DNA from: a virus
IMG/VR virus record: IMGVR_UViG_3300046004_000518
Location: 46,478-110,477 of that record
Reading direction: 5' to 3' (one strand)
Length of the DNA stretch: 64,000 bases
The stretch's first letter is position 1. The number at the start of each line of letters is the position of its first letter. This document shows, piece after piece, positions 8,920 to 18,982 of this stretch. The notes below the pieces were generated by a model. The model did no database searches and was not told the DNA's origin. It worked only from the letters and a program-made list of their open reading frames with translations. The translations under genes and the position numbers were made by a program.

Positions 8920-9275
8920 TATGTTAACCCTCTTCCAATAATTTCGTCTACAGTTGGTGTATCTCTAACTAATAAAATATCATTATGATCGATTCTGCGT
9001 AAGGTATGTTCACCGTCTGCATCTTCGATTTCGATTCCACGTGTCCAACGTCCATGTTTAACTAAAACATATTGTCCGACTTGTACATCTTTTTGGCGAT
9101 TACCGATAGCATATACTCGACCCCATCGTGCATGTATACCTTCTAACTTGCCGTCTGTGTTTTGTATAATAATACCACTAGTAGTAACACGTTGATCAAA
9201 ATTCATATCAGTTACCAGCACGTGATCTTGCAGTGCTCTAATCTTGTTTATTTTGTGTGCTTCAAATGCGGCCAT
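8919..9275 (-). CDS. Divergent GroES/Cpn10-like co-chaperonin (phage type)
   Basis: IRALQDHVLV...TTSGIII...GRVYAIG...VQVGQYVL...DILLV Cpn10 pattern. Confidence 0.8.
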   Translation of the reverse strand: MAAFEAHKINKIRALQDHVLVTDMNFDQRVTTSGIIIQNTDGKLEGIHARWGRVYAIGNRQKDVQVGQYVLVKHGRWTRGIEIEDADGEHTLRRIDHNDILLVRDTPTVDEIIGRGLT

Positions 9276-9284
9276 AATATTCCT

Positions 9285-9707
9285 TTAAATTCTTCTAATA
9301 CCCGGAGTAGGATCCGATAATGGAGTTAATAATTCTTGTTTAACTTCGGTGTCGCTAGCAATTGCGCCAGCAAAACTACCACGTGGTTTACTAGTCGATG
9401 CAGCGACAGGTGCACTGCTTGTAATTGGCACGTCTTTTGCTGTTGGCTGTACAAGTTTAGTGGGTGCCGGAGCTGTATTTGACGAGCTATCGGATATAAT
9501 ATCATTATCCTGTGATGCTACTGGTGTATTTAATTTATGATATTCCTGCATTATTTGACTGCGAGTTTTTACAATTTGACCTCCTGCACCTAACTCATCG
9601 CCACGTGCATTAGTTTTCATATTGCCTACTGCAATTACATTTTCATTTGCCACACGAAGAGAGTCGATGTCGATCGCTTTCCCCATTGCTGTTTTATATG
9701 TTGCCAT
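9285..9707 (-). CDS. Phage hypothetical protein
   Basis: AGGAG RBS; TAAATA/TAAGTA box upstream at 9729-9738. Confidence 0.7.
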   Translation of the reverse strand: MATYKTAMGKAIDIDSLRVANENVIAVGNMKTNARGDELGAGGQIVKTRSQIMQEYHKLNTPVASQDNDIISDSSSNTAPAPTKLVQPTAKDVPITSSAPVAASTSKPRGSFAGAIASDTEVKQELLTPLSDPTPGIRRI

Positions 9708-9735
9708 ATCTTTCTCCTATTATACGTGTACTTAT

Positions 9736-10248
9736 TTACTTTAAGAATTCTGTGATGTCAAGTTGATAGTGCAAGGAGTCAATTTTATGCACGCCTAACA
9801 AGAACAATACATAACTTGCCACACTCGATCCACGTCCAACACCCCAAACTAATTTATTCTTACGTAATGTATCCACAAGATATTTTAAATAACGTAATAG
9901 GTTAAACAAATCACGTTCTTGATATAATAATAACTCTTGTGCTACACGCTGTAATTCGTAGTCTTCTCGACATAAACTTAGAATGTATTCTGCGATATCT
10001 AATTCTTTATAATCATCGGGCATGTGCCACTGTGACTGCATAGCATCATCATACTTGTCTACGGGCATACGTTTACTAGTATACAATCCTAGTTTGTTTA
10101 TTTCGGCATGCAGTGCATCAACACTACTATTGAACTCATCAGGATCTTCAACTTGAAATAAATTAATATTTAAATCAGGTTTGGTATATAATAGGTCACA
10201 CAATTCTTTTGTGTCTGTGTAACCTTGACCGTATTCATCGTACTTCAT
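9736..10248 (-). CDS. Stand-alone fragment of the DNA polymerase III alpha (DnaE) nucleotidyltransferase domain
   Basis: RVAQEL...YLVDTLRKNKLVWGVGRGSSVASYVLFLLGVHKIDSL matches the DnaE GxGRGSxxxSLV motif. Confidence 0.8.
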   Translation of the reverse strand: MKYDEYGQGYTDTKELCDLLYTKPDLNINLFQVEDPDEFNSSVDALHAEINKLGLYTSKRMPVDKYDDAMQSQWHMPDDYKELDIAEYILSLCREDYELQRVAQELLLYQERDLFNLLRYLKYLVDTLRKNKLVWGVGRGSSVASYVLFLLGVHKIDSLHYQLDITEFLK

Positions 10249-10484
10249 TATTTGATATCAATTTTGTCTTTGAATGTTTTGCTATTCTTTTCTAAATCAT
10301 CTAGCATTTTTTGATTACGACGTTGAACTTCCATATCATAATCGCCCATGACTAACTGTATCTGACCAATCATATCGCCATGCCCCATACGATATGCAAA
10401 CATCATACGATTACTTAACTCAGCACGCTTTTTATGTAATTCATCATCTGATAAACCTGATAGGTCTGGTGTAAGTGGATGCAT
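10248..10484 (-). CDS. Hypothetical protein
   Basis: 78 aa, translationally coupled on both sides. Confidence 0.7.
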   Translation of the reverse strand: MHPLTPDLSGLSDDELHKKRAELSNRMMFAYRMGHGDMIGQIQLVMGDYDMEVQRRNQKMLDDLEKNSKTFKDKIDIK

Positions 10485-10918
10485 TATAAATCTCCGTCTT
10501 GTCTATTCTCACTATAGTAGGCATCAAAACTTCCGCCTGGATAGCGTGATTGTAGTTTATTTACATTTTCTTGTATTACATCATTTGGATCTAAGTTTAA
10601 GGCACGACATGCATTAACCCAATACCACATGATATCACCAAGTTCACGCTTCATGTGGAATACATTCTCATCGTTAAGTGGTTTACCTTGGAATAACATT
10701 TTCTTTGGAATTTCACAAAACTCGCCAGACTCTGCCGCTAGCCCTAAGCATGCTGTAATTAGTAGCGGAACATTAACATCTGGACCATGCAAATTGGTTG
10801 CAGAATCATAATTACCATCCAAATCATCTAAACGATTCATAAAAGTAGTTAAGTCGTTGCTGGGTTGGCTAGTTACTTCTTTTACAAAGTCTGAATATTT
10901 GTTTAAATCGATATGCAT
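10484..10918 (-). CDS. MazG-like nucleoside triphosphate pyrophosphohydrolase
   Basis: GLAAESGEF...ELGDIMWY...NVNKLQSRYP. Confidence 0.88.
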   Translation of the reverse strand: MHIDLNKYSDFVKEVTSQPSNDLTTFMNRLDDLDGNYDSATNLHGPDVNVPLLITACLGLAAESGEFCEIPKKMLFQGKPLNDENVFHMKRELGDIMWYWVNACRALNLDPNDVIQENVNKLQSRYPGGSFDAYYSENRQDGDL

Positions 10919-10926
10919 AAATGAGA

Positions 10927-10974
10927 ACTCCTTAGTAATACTACTAGTTTATAGTAATATCGCTAAGGAGTCAA
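10927..10974 (-). promoter_or_regulatory. 20-bp hairpin overlapping a sigma70 promoter (TTGACT-17-TAAACT) and the mazG RBS
   Basis: Arms 10927-10946 and 10952-10971; -35 at 10969-10974, -10 at 10946-10951; AAGGAG at 10928-10933. Confidence 0.65.
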
Positions 10975-10989
10975 TGGGTTTGGTAAAAA

Positions 10990-11931
10990 TTAACCTATTT
11001 TATACCATTTAGTTTCTGATGCATGGTAGAAATATGATACACTTGTGCCAGCAGACAACGTTACGTTGGCACTTGGTACTAATGTTGTACCCACGCTTGG
11101 ATTAACTTTAAATGCTGTGATAGTTTGTGTTGAACTAACTGTAACAACTTTAGCTTCAACGTTGCCTGCAGGAAGTGTTAATGTACCTTTGGCTAATGTA
11201 CTAGCTGGGTTATAAATCACACGTGAAACACTAGCACCAACAGTTTGATCAAAGTCTGACGTAGCAGCACTATACTGATAACCAGTAGCAATGGTAGCAC
11301 CACCTAGTGTTAAATTGCCTGTGATTGTAAAATCACCAGTGATATTATCACAATTACGTGTTAAATCTTCAATGGTAATTGTAGTACCTGCATTATATGT
11401 TGTAAATTCAAATACATATGATCCAGCGGCTGGGAATTTAATATATGATCCGTTCCAACCTTGAATATTTGTAAGTCCTACTGATACCGCCGCTGGCAAT
11501 GTTATTGTATCTGTCGATGCTTGACTAATAACAATTTCAAGTCTTAATTTAGCATACAATCCGCTAGTTGGCCAATTAGTAAATGCACTAATAGTTAATG
11601 CAGTGCCTGCTGTTGTGGTTACCTTTTGATAGTGGCCATCTGCAAAACTAATTATAGTCGATGATGTTTGTGGTCCGATATCTTTAATTGTTTCAACAGT
11701 TCTAATTAATTGCGCACCTTTTATCTGTGCGTAGTTCAGTTCATTAGAAAAGCTACCGTCAGATAATGGTTCTGTTAATATTGATTTGAGTTGCAAATCT
11801 GCAATCTCATTTTTAGCAAACGTTAAATTGTTTTTAATGTTGGTAAAGTTATCACGAAAGCCTTGACTATCATTGTCCTGGCCTGCAATTGGATAACTTC
11901 CGTTTATATTATTTGGGTTAATTGATGACAT
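10990..11931 (-). CDS. Virion structural protein (baseplate/tail associated)
   Basis: YPIAGQDNDSQGFRDNF N-terminus; Thr/Ser-rich beta composition; in the structural operon. Confidence 0.6.
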   Translation of the reverse strand: MSSINPNNINGSYPIAGQDNDSQGFRDNFTNIKNNLTFAKNEIADLQLKSILTEPLSDGSFSNELNYAQIKGAQLIRTVETIKDIGPQTSSTIISFADGHYQKVTTTAGTALTISAFTNWPTSGLYAKLRLEIVISQASTDTITLPAAVSVGLTNIQGWNGSYIKFPAAGSYVFEFTTYNAGTTITIEDLTRNCDNITGDFTITGNLTLGGATIATGYQYSAATSDFDQTVGASVSRVIYNPASTLAKGTLTLPAGNVEAKVVTVSSTQTITAFKVNPSVGTTLVPSANVTLSAGTSVSYFYHASETKWYKIG

Positions 11932-14900
11932 TTAATTAAATACTCCGAGTTTAGCAAATTTAATGTATTTATCTCCGGCTTCAGGTATAGTATAACTATC
12001 TCGATAACTATAGAAACGTGTACCATTTCCGTCGAACTGGGTGGATATTATTTGTATTTCTTCTGGTATAGCAGTGTAATTTGGTATTAAATTACCAGAT
12101 TTAACAACTGGATCATAATAGATGTTAGATGTACCGTAGGTAAATCCATTTCTTACGTACAATTTATTATAGAATGTTACTTCTTGTATATATGTTAGGG
12201 TGACTATATTATCGGCGTTGATATTAATACGCCATATACCAATACGTTCATTGGCTATCAACGGATCAAAGTTATGTTCGTTGTAGCCCGGCACTGCACC
12301 AGCGGCATCCCAACCTAGATCATCTAAGGTAACTGATCCTACATTACCTGGAGTTCCTGCGTCATAATCCCAGGAATCTCCGCCCCATACTGTGGTAACA
12401 TCGCGCCATCCTTGATTATAATCGCCAATGTCGTTTTGTCCTTGTTTGAATTCTTGTTGAGCAAACACCAGAGTTTCACCATCTTTGAAGTGAGTCATAC
12501 CGTCTAATCCACCGATACTAATAATTGCTGATTTAGCACGATTATTAATATCCTCATAAGGTGTAGTTATAGCATAATCAACAGTGCCGGCATCAGCGAA
12601 TACACTAGATAATCCAGGATAACGGTCAAAGGTTGTTTCACTACTAGTAATAAATGCACCAGCAGTAATATCATAATTGGCAGAATATATATTATCAACT
12701 TGATAACGATCAACAGTAAAGTCAATTTCATTCATATTATAATTTTGTTGCGCAAATCTATAGGCAATTAAACTGCTAGCACCCGGCACTGTATATGCAA
12801 GTACCACAGCACGAGTGAATCCAAGTACGAAGCCATTTTCTTGTCTACTGGTCATCCAATCAGGCAATGCACCTTTGTTGGCATAGCCAAGCGCAGCAAC
12901 AGTAACATCCTTCATATTACTAAAAGCATTTGGATATGCAGTGGTATAGGCATTTCCATCGTAATCGTAATACGGAGTAGCAATAGCTGGATATACAATA
13001 TCCGCAGGACCCTGTCCACTTGCATTGGTGTTATCATCAGTTACTTCTAAATATACAACTTCATATTTAATATTAAAATTACTATCACGTGCCACTGCTG
13101 TTTTTACACCACCAAGTGCAATTCGTTTTTCGTAATGATTAGTTGATACCACTGCAGCATATTCTGATAATAAACTTGGATTTAATCCTGGTAAAAATAA
13201 TGTTTTAATATCATTAGCCAAACCAAAGAATGGATCTTCGTTACGATATATTAGTTCTGGCGGAAATATAGATGTGTTGTGCATAATTGATGTAAATTGC
13301 GCACGCTGTTCTTTTGATGGTAGAGCTTTGCAATATAAATCTTCATATGGTGTATTATTTCTATTCAGCACTCGAATAGTAAATGTACGATCTGATGTAA
13401 CACTAAGGGCAGAATCTTGAGCAGTAACAGTAAATGTATATGTACTATCAAATGTTGTTGTTGCTTCGCCTAATATATTACCATCTAAGAATGTAGTACC
13501 TTGATCCAAACTAAACAACTCGAAACTAACTCTGCCAGATAGTAATCCCCCAAGGGTAAGTATTAACCCCTGTGGTAATCGATGCGCACTATTAGCGGAC
13601 AAATTATAATACAAAAGTTTACCTTTTGTTGATATAGCACTAATAGATAAATCACTGATTCGGCCGTTTTCAATTGTACCTAAGTCACTTGGGGTGATCC
13701 AATTAATTTTATTATTTAAATCACCCAATACAGTTAATGTAAACAGGCCAGTGGCTTGATACGCTGGGTAATCTCTTTTATACACCACAACTTCAAATGG
13801 ATATTGAATTTCATTAGCCGATATAGTGGGTAATCTTCCAGTAAGCCAGCCTGAATTTATATCTATGGTTATCTCATCGGAAATATATAAAGGACTTTGA
13901 TCAAATTTTGATTCATCAAACCCAATTGTACCTTCAGTAGATAATAGTCCCAATGTAACTCCAACACTGATTACAGAAGTGGGAGTAGCTCCAGTACTAA
14001 CGGCATTTATATATGTTATTGCACTAGTAGCAGATGAGTTAAGTGTAAAGGACTCTGCACTATTGTACACCATTCCGATATCGGCCTGGGCTATAACATC
14101 GATTGGATATACAGGTATATCAGTTGTATTAATAGTTAAGTTGCCGGATCCTGTAGTAAATGTACCAGAAGTAAATGCAACAGGAACATTGGTGGTAGAT
14201 ACAACATTCGCTGTTACTGTTGCAGTTGCACCCGAAGATGTCTGAGTAATCACATCACCGATATTAGCGGTTATTCCTACTGGAGTTTCGGCTCCGGCAA
14301 ATGTGTATGGATATGCATCTATATTGGTGCTGTTAATTGCTATATTACCCGATTCGAGTATAAATGCATTACCTGAATAGGTTACGGATAATTCATCTGA
14401 AATGACTACATTGGCAGTCACTGTGGCAATTGCTCCACTACTGGATTGTGTAATAATATCACCGATGTTGGCTGAAACTAATACATCATTGAATACTGTA
14501 GATATAGGATAAGCATTGATATAAGTGCCATTAATTTGTACATTACTATGTACACTTATATTACCAGCAATAAATGAACCAGCAGTTAGTTCAATTGCCA
14601 CTGTGGGAGAATTTACCACGTTTGCTCGAACTGTTGCATTTGCTGTGCCGCTGGGTTGTGTAATAAAATCACCAACATTAGCAGTAATCAATTGGTCAGA
14701 TACTGCTAAAACACCAATATTTGTATTTCCTCGGATAGTCAATGTGCCAACAATAACTTCACCTAAAACTTCTATACTACCCACAGTAGAACTTATAGTA
14801 GCGATAGTGGCATTGGCAGAACTTATTGTTTGGGTAATAAAATCACCCGGAGCTCCAGCAATTATAGTATCGCCTGTTAATCTTAATTTAATATAATTAT

Positions 14901-16053
14901 TTACAGTAGCGTCATACCAATTTAATTCATCGAGAGTAGTTAAACTTAATATTTTAATATCATCACCGGATAACAGTGCCGGTTTGGTAATATTTTCTAC
15001 TGAATTAACTCCTACGAATAAATTGCCTCCGATTAATGTAGATGCAATATATGGACTACCATTACCTATAATAATCTGTTCGTCGAATGTAACTGAGGTT
15101 GTACTAGGTAAAGCATATTGTAATACATCGCCATCTAAATCTAGCCCAACAATCTGAAACGAAAAATAACTACCTTGTCGTTGATCTTCTAATTCAACCT
15201 GTGTAGTTACTATAATCGGTTCGTGTCGTGCACCGACATCAATAGTAAGTTCGCCAGCACCTGTTACTGTTCTATCTGTGGTAATTAATGTAGAATCCGC
15301 TTCAAGTGTTTCTTGCGGAGTTACTACTATGTTATACGGAGTTGCATCATAATTTACGCCATCGAATACTTCTACAGTAAAATTAAATGTTTTAGAAATC
15401 GCAATAGGCGAAAAATCCCAGCCAAGTTGACCCCAGGGTGTTACAATTGAATCGTATACTTGCCAGCTTGGATTTGTTACCGGATGAGCTGAATCAACAT
15501 ATCCAGGATCTCCGTTGTCTAAATGGCCGCCCCACCCTGACTCGCTGCTCGGACCGGGTCCGATGATTGGTTGAATGTATCCGTAGAGTAGTCCACCGGC
15601 TGATAATGATATTCCTGGTGGGAGCTCACCGTCCTTTAGACGCCAACTTAATGTGGCACCGGGCGTAGCTTCAATTGCTTCTAATTGTATATTAAGTATA
15701 GTACCATCAAATCGTAGGCCAAGATCAACATCGCGCGGTATGATGATTGGAGGAGCAACATTGGACACTGTGATATTAAATGTTCTATCAGCAAGTCCGT
15801 TTGTTACAGAATTTTTTACTCTAATAGTAAATGTATATGTAACGTTTTGATCACCACCCAATTCACTTACTGGGATACCTTGCAATTTACCTGTAGGTAT
15901 TAATTGTATACCTAAAGGTAATTTTCCTGAGATATGACTATAAACTAATGTACCGCCGGATGCATCATATGCATCTAAATCATAGTCGTAATACTCGAGC
16001 TCGGGTATTATACCTAGTTGTCCTGCAGAAGTAATCCACTTTGGTAATGCCAT
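11932..16053 (-). CDS. Large Ig-like-domain virion protein (putative baseplate wedge)
   Basis: Repeated LPxGxxLxxxGxLxG...FTI/V Ig-like (He_PIG-type) motifs; 1373 aa. Confidence 0.7.
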   Translation of the reverse strand: MALPKWITSAGQLGIIPELEYYDYDLDAYDASGGTLVYSHISGKLPLGIQLIPTGKLQGIPVSELGGDQNVTYTFTIRVKNSVTNGLADRTFNITVSNVAPPIIIPRDVDLGLRFDGTILNIQLEAIEATPGATLSWRLKDGELPPGISLSAGGLLYGYIQPIIGPGPSSESGWGGHLDNGDPGYVDSAHPVTNPSWQVYDSIVTPWGQLGWDFSPIAISKTFNFTVEVFDGVNYDATPYNIVVTPQETLEADSTLITTDRTVTGAGELTIDVGARHEPIIVTTQVELEDQRQGSYFSFQIVGLDLDGDVLQYALPSTTSVTFDEQIIIGNGSPYIASTLIGGNLFVGVNSVENITKPALLSGDDIKILSLTTLDELNWYDATVNNYIKLRLTGDTIIAGAPGDFITQTISSANATIATISSTVGSIEVLGEVIVGTLTIRGNTNIGVLAVSDQLITANVGDFITQPSGTANATVRANVVNSPTVAIELTAGSFIAGNISVHSNVQINGTYINAYPISTVFNDVLVSANIGDIITQSSSGAIATVTANVVISDELSVTYSGNAFILESGNIAINSTNIDAYPYTFAGAETPVGITANIGDVITQTSSGATATVTANVVSTTNVPVAFTSGTFTTGSGNLTINTTDIPVYPIDVIAQADIGMVYNSAESFTLNSSATSAITYINAVSTGATPTSVISVGVTLGLLSTEGTIGFDESKFDQSPLYISDEITIDINSGWLTGRLPTISANEIQYPFEVVVYKRDYPAYQATGLFTLTVLGDLNNKINWITPSDLGTIENGRISDLSISAISTKGKLLYYNLSANSAHRLPQGLILTLGGLLSGRVSFELFSLDQGTTFLDGNILGEATTTFDSTYTFTVTAQDSALSVTSDRTFTIRVLNRNNTPYEDLYCKALPSKEQRAQFTSIMHNTSIFPPELIYRNEDPFFGLANDIKTLFLPGLNPSLLSEYAAVVSTNHYEKRIALGGVKTAVARDSNFNIKYEVVYLEVTDDNTNASGQGPADIVYPAIATPYYDYDGNAYTTAYPNAFSNMKDVTVAALGYANKGALPDWMTSRQENGFVLGFTRAVVLAYTVPGASSLIAYRFAQQNYNMNEIDFTVDRYQVDNIYSANYDITAGAFITSSETTFDRYPGLSSVFADAGTVDYAITTPYEDINNRAKSAIISIGGLDGMTHFKDGETLVFAQQEFKQGQNDIGDYNQGWRDVTTVWGGDSWDYDAGTPGNVGSVTLDDLGWDAAGAVPGYNEHNFDPLIANERIGIWRININADNIVTLTYIQEVTFYNKLYVRNGFTYGTSNIYYDPVVKSGNLIPNYTAIPEEIQIISTQFDGNGTRFYSYRDSYTIPEAGDKYIKFAKLGVFN

Positions 16054-16061
16054 AATGTACC

Positions 16062-17750
16062 TTAAATAATCACTGCTTCAATAATACCGACATCTCTAGT
16101 GGTCTTATTTTCTAATGCTTTGCCAAATACTGCCGCGCCATAGTTTGTACTACGACTAACACTTATTGCTACTCCAGGAGTGTTACCTGTTACTAATAGA
16201 TCACCTTTTTTAACAAATCCTTCTACTTTAACTGGAACACGACCACGTAATGCCACAGGTTGTCCGTCTAATTCGTTATTCATTAGGTACGCAGGATTGG
16301 TTGATATAACCCCTGCAACTGCTGTATCAGCAAATAATTGTGTAGTAGTAATTTCTTTATCACCACCAAATACTACCACAGTACCAGCTTCGTAGTTGGC
16401 ATCACTTAGATAGTTTTCTGCCAAGTCGGCATATTTTGCTGTAGTTGATACACCACTGAATGTAGTAGCATATACTGTGGCAAATGTTGCGCCGACTGCA
16501 CCGATATTAATTGTATTGTGTGTTGCTGCAGTAATCGTACTACCTACTGTTAGTCCGTTAGTAGCAATTAAATTACTGCTTGTTATGATATTACCAGTTA
16601 CAGCCAATGAGCCAAGTGTACCCACAGATTGTAAGTTTGAATTTACGATTGCTGTTGGTAATGTAGTGCCCGTAATTGCGCTTGCAGCAACTGATCCAGC
16701 AGTTCCATCGATGCTAACACCACTTAATGATTGTATAGCACCGGTACGATTTAATGCAATAGCAGTTGTACCGATATACACAGTTGAATTACCCATTACT
16801 GTACTTGATATAGTGCCTATTAAATTACCTGCTGTTAATACAGTTAAATTTGCACCACTAACATTACCAAATGTACCACTCCATGTACCAGCGGTGATTG
16901 TACCAACTGTGGCCAATGCACTTGCTGACGTAATATTATTCTGTGCCGCGGTTTGCAATGTTCCTGTTAAGTTTGTGAAATAACCGTAGTTAAATGTTGC
17001 ACCACTAGCACCAATATTACCAGTAGCAGTTGTACCGCCATTTGAAATTGCAGTTGGAGTTGGAGCATTTAATACAATATTACCTAATACCAATGTGTCA
17101 TATTTGGCATTGGTCAATGGCATCTGTGTTGTAATTGTATCTGGAGTTACATTACTAAATAGATTCCATCTACCGTCGGAGTCATCACGTACAAAACCAG
17201 TAAGTTGCTCTACGTTGCCCACCGCGCCAGTAAATCTTCCATAAAAGCCAATATCAAAATTGTATGGATAGGAAGGAATAGTATCAAAATATACAAGTGG
17301 ACTAGTTGATACTAATGTTGTTGTACTGGTTGCGACCGCATTGGCAACATATAAATTACCTTGAATATATACATCCTTAGCAATACCGACACCACCGTCG
17401 ACTATCAATGCACCACTGTTGAATTGTAATGCATTTGTAGCATCTGTTATATGTGTAACACCATTAACTGTTGCACCGGTAAGTATGCCAAGTGATGTAA
17501 TTTGTGACTGAGTCGGTGTACGAATTAGACCGTACAAGTTTGTAGCGATTGCACTAGCAGAGGTTGTTATATTCCCAGTGGCTTCAATAGCACCCGATAC
17601 TTTAATATTACCGATGTTACATCCGATATCTTCAGTATCTAATAAAAATTCATTTACTTTAGCAAAGGCTGTACGTAGATCATCCCCTGTTCCGTCGTTT
17701 GCTACGGTTCCGATATTGACTGGATTAAATTGTACTGTGGTTATAGTCAT
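16062..17750 (-). CDS. Tail fibre/spike-like protein with C-terminal intramolecular-chaperone-like domain
   Basis: N-terminal NIGTVANDGTGDDLRTAF; C-terminal YADLAENY...VALRGRVPVKV...GKALE. Confidence 0.7.
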   Translation of the reverse strand: MTITTVQFNPVNIGTVANDGTGDDLRTAFAKVNEFLLDTEDIGCNIGNIKVSGAIEATGNITTSASAIATNLYGLIRTPTQSQITSLGILTGATVNGVTHITDATNALQFNSGALIVDGGVGIAKDVYIQGNLYVANAVATSTTTLVSTSPLVYFDTIPSYPYNFDIGFYGRFTGAVGNVEQLTGFVRDDSDGRWNLFSNVTPDTITTQMPLTNAKYDTLVLGNIVLNAPTPTAISNGGTTATGNIGASGATFNYGYFTNLTGTLQTAAQNNITSASALATVGTITAGTWSGTFGNVSGANLTVLTAGNLIGTISSTVMGNSTVYIGTTAIALNRTGAIQSLSGVSIDGTAGSVAASAITGTTLPTAIVNSNLQSVGTLGSLAVTGNIITSSNLIATNGLTVGSTITAATHNTINIGAVGATFATVYATTFSGVSTTAKYADLAENYLSDANYEAGTVVVFGGDKEITTTQLFADTAVAGVISTNPAYLMNNELDGQPVALRGRVPVKVEGFVKKGDLLVTGNTPGVAISVSRSTNYGAAVFGKALENKTTRDVGIIEAVII

Positions 17751-17819
17751 AGTTTCACTCTAATATACTTGTTTAAGTATTTATGTTAAAACTATTATTG
17801 TTTAATTTGCTTAGTCAAT

Positions 17820-17843
17820 AAAAAACCCGCACCAGGCGGGTTT
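17820..17843 (-). terminator. Rho-independent terminator after erpA
   Basis: CCCGC stem followed by a T run on the minus strand. Confidence 0.75.
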
Positions 17844-17859
17844 ACTGAGTAAAAGTTAA

Positions 17860-18180
17860 TTATACTGCAAAACTACTTCCGCAACCACACGTAGTTGTGG
17901 CCTGTGGATTTTTGATACTAAAGTTACTACCTGCTAGAGTTTCGACGTAGTCAACTTCCGCACCTTGTAGATATTGGCTACTCATACTGTCGATTAGTAA
18001 CTGCACACCATCTAAGTCGATCGCAAAATCATCTTCGTTCTGAGATTCATCAAACGTGAATCCATAACTAAATCCACTACATCCGCCACCTTGTACAAAG
18101 ATTCGTAGTTTAGTACCTTCAGTTTCTTCTGCTAGTAATTCTTTAACTTTTTTAATTGCGTTGGGCTGTACAGTAATCAT
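17860..18180 (-). CDS. erpA: A-type Fe-S cluster carrier (ErpA/IscA)
   Basis: [17 protein letters not shown] and TTCGCGSSF. Confidence 0.92.
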   Translation of the reverse strand: MITVQPNAIKKVKELLAEETEGTKLRIFVQGGGCSGFSYGFTFDESQNEDDFAIDLDGVQLLIDSMSSQYLQGAEVDYVETLAGSNFSIKNPQATTTCGCGSSFAV

Positions 18181-18181
18181 G

Positions 18182-18397
18182 TTATTTCCTATATACGATT
18201 CTTGCTTTGGTTAAGTCATATGGTGACATCTCAATGTCCACCTTATCACCGAGAATAATTTTAATAGTAAACTTGCGCAATTTTCCACCGATGTATGCTA
18301 TCACGGTATGATTGTTTTCTAATTTAACTCTGAACATGGAATTGCCTAGTACTTCTTCGACTACTCCACTGAATTTTAAGACTTCTTCTTTTGCCAA
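18182..18397 (-). CDS. infA: Translation initiation factor IF-1 (TTG start)
   Basis: MAKEE...FRVKLENNH...GKLRK...GDKV...[13 protein letters not shown]. Confidence 0.95.
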   Translation of the reverse strand: MAKEEVLKFSGVVEEVLGNSMFRVKLENNHTVIAYIGGKLRKFTIKIILGDKVDIEMSPYDLTKARIVYRK

Positions 18398-18430
18398 TGT
18401 GGCTGTTTCCTTATTATAATACTATTTAAC

Positions 18431-18658
18431 CTAATTGACTGTTAATTGATACCAAGTATACTCTTCCGGTGTCATATACTGATGTAAGATAACTGGGGTA
18501 CTCGGGCCATGGATTACCCTAACCCCGTGATAATATTTCCTTAACCAAATCCATTGGCCGCTGTCTACGCTACGTGGAAGCCAAGCAAATTTTAAACTCC
18601 ATTCCCAACTGCTGTCCCACATACTACCCCAATAATTTGTATATCCTGCTCCCATCAC
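18431..18658 (-). CDS. Hypothetical Trp-rich protein
   Basis: 75-aa ORF with FAWLP...WIWL motif. Confidence 0.6.
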   Translation of the reverse strand: MMGAGYTNYWGSMWDSSWEWSLKFAWLPRSVDSGQWIWLRKYYHGVRVIHGPSTPVILHQYMTPEEYTWYQLTVN

Positions 18659-18838
18659 TTATTTTTTACACCACGGTGAGGTATTCTTTGTCCAATCTTG
18701 TACTAGTAAACTACTAATCATTAACCGATTGTATAGAGGGTATAACCACGCCCAATCAAGCCTATCCATTGGTTTACTTACTAAATCACCTAACCAGTAC
18801 AATACTCGGCTTACTATGCACCCAATAAACTTTTTCAT
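18659..18838 (-). CDS. Hypothetical protein (59 aa, MKKFIGCIVSRVLYWLGDLVS...)
   Basis: Manually translated; fills a gap in the minus-strand gene array. Confidence 0.55.
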   Translation of the reverse strand: MKKFIGCIVSRVLYWLGDLVSKPMDRLDWAWLYPLYNRLMISSLLVQDWTKNTSPWCKK

Positions 18839-18982
18839 TATGCTTTATCTTTTAACAAAATTTAACGATTTTAACTGTGTAAAACAATTCATTGAGGGCT
18901 TGCTCGATTCGATAATATTCAGTGTCACCAATTCTTGTTGCATTTCCTTGACAGACAAGTTTTAATTCTTTATTTTCTGTCA

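Noticed and set aside
9736-10248. Split intein or pseudogene explanation for the DnaE fragment
   Set aside because: No Cys/Ser-initiated intein N-domain follows the fragment, and no frameshifted DnaE continuation is visible downstream; the ORF is cleanly coupled to its neighbour
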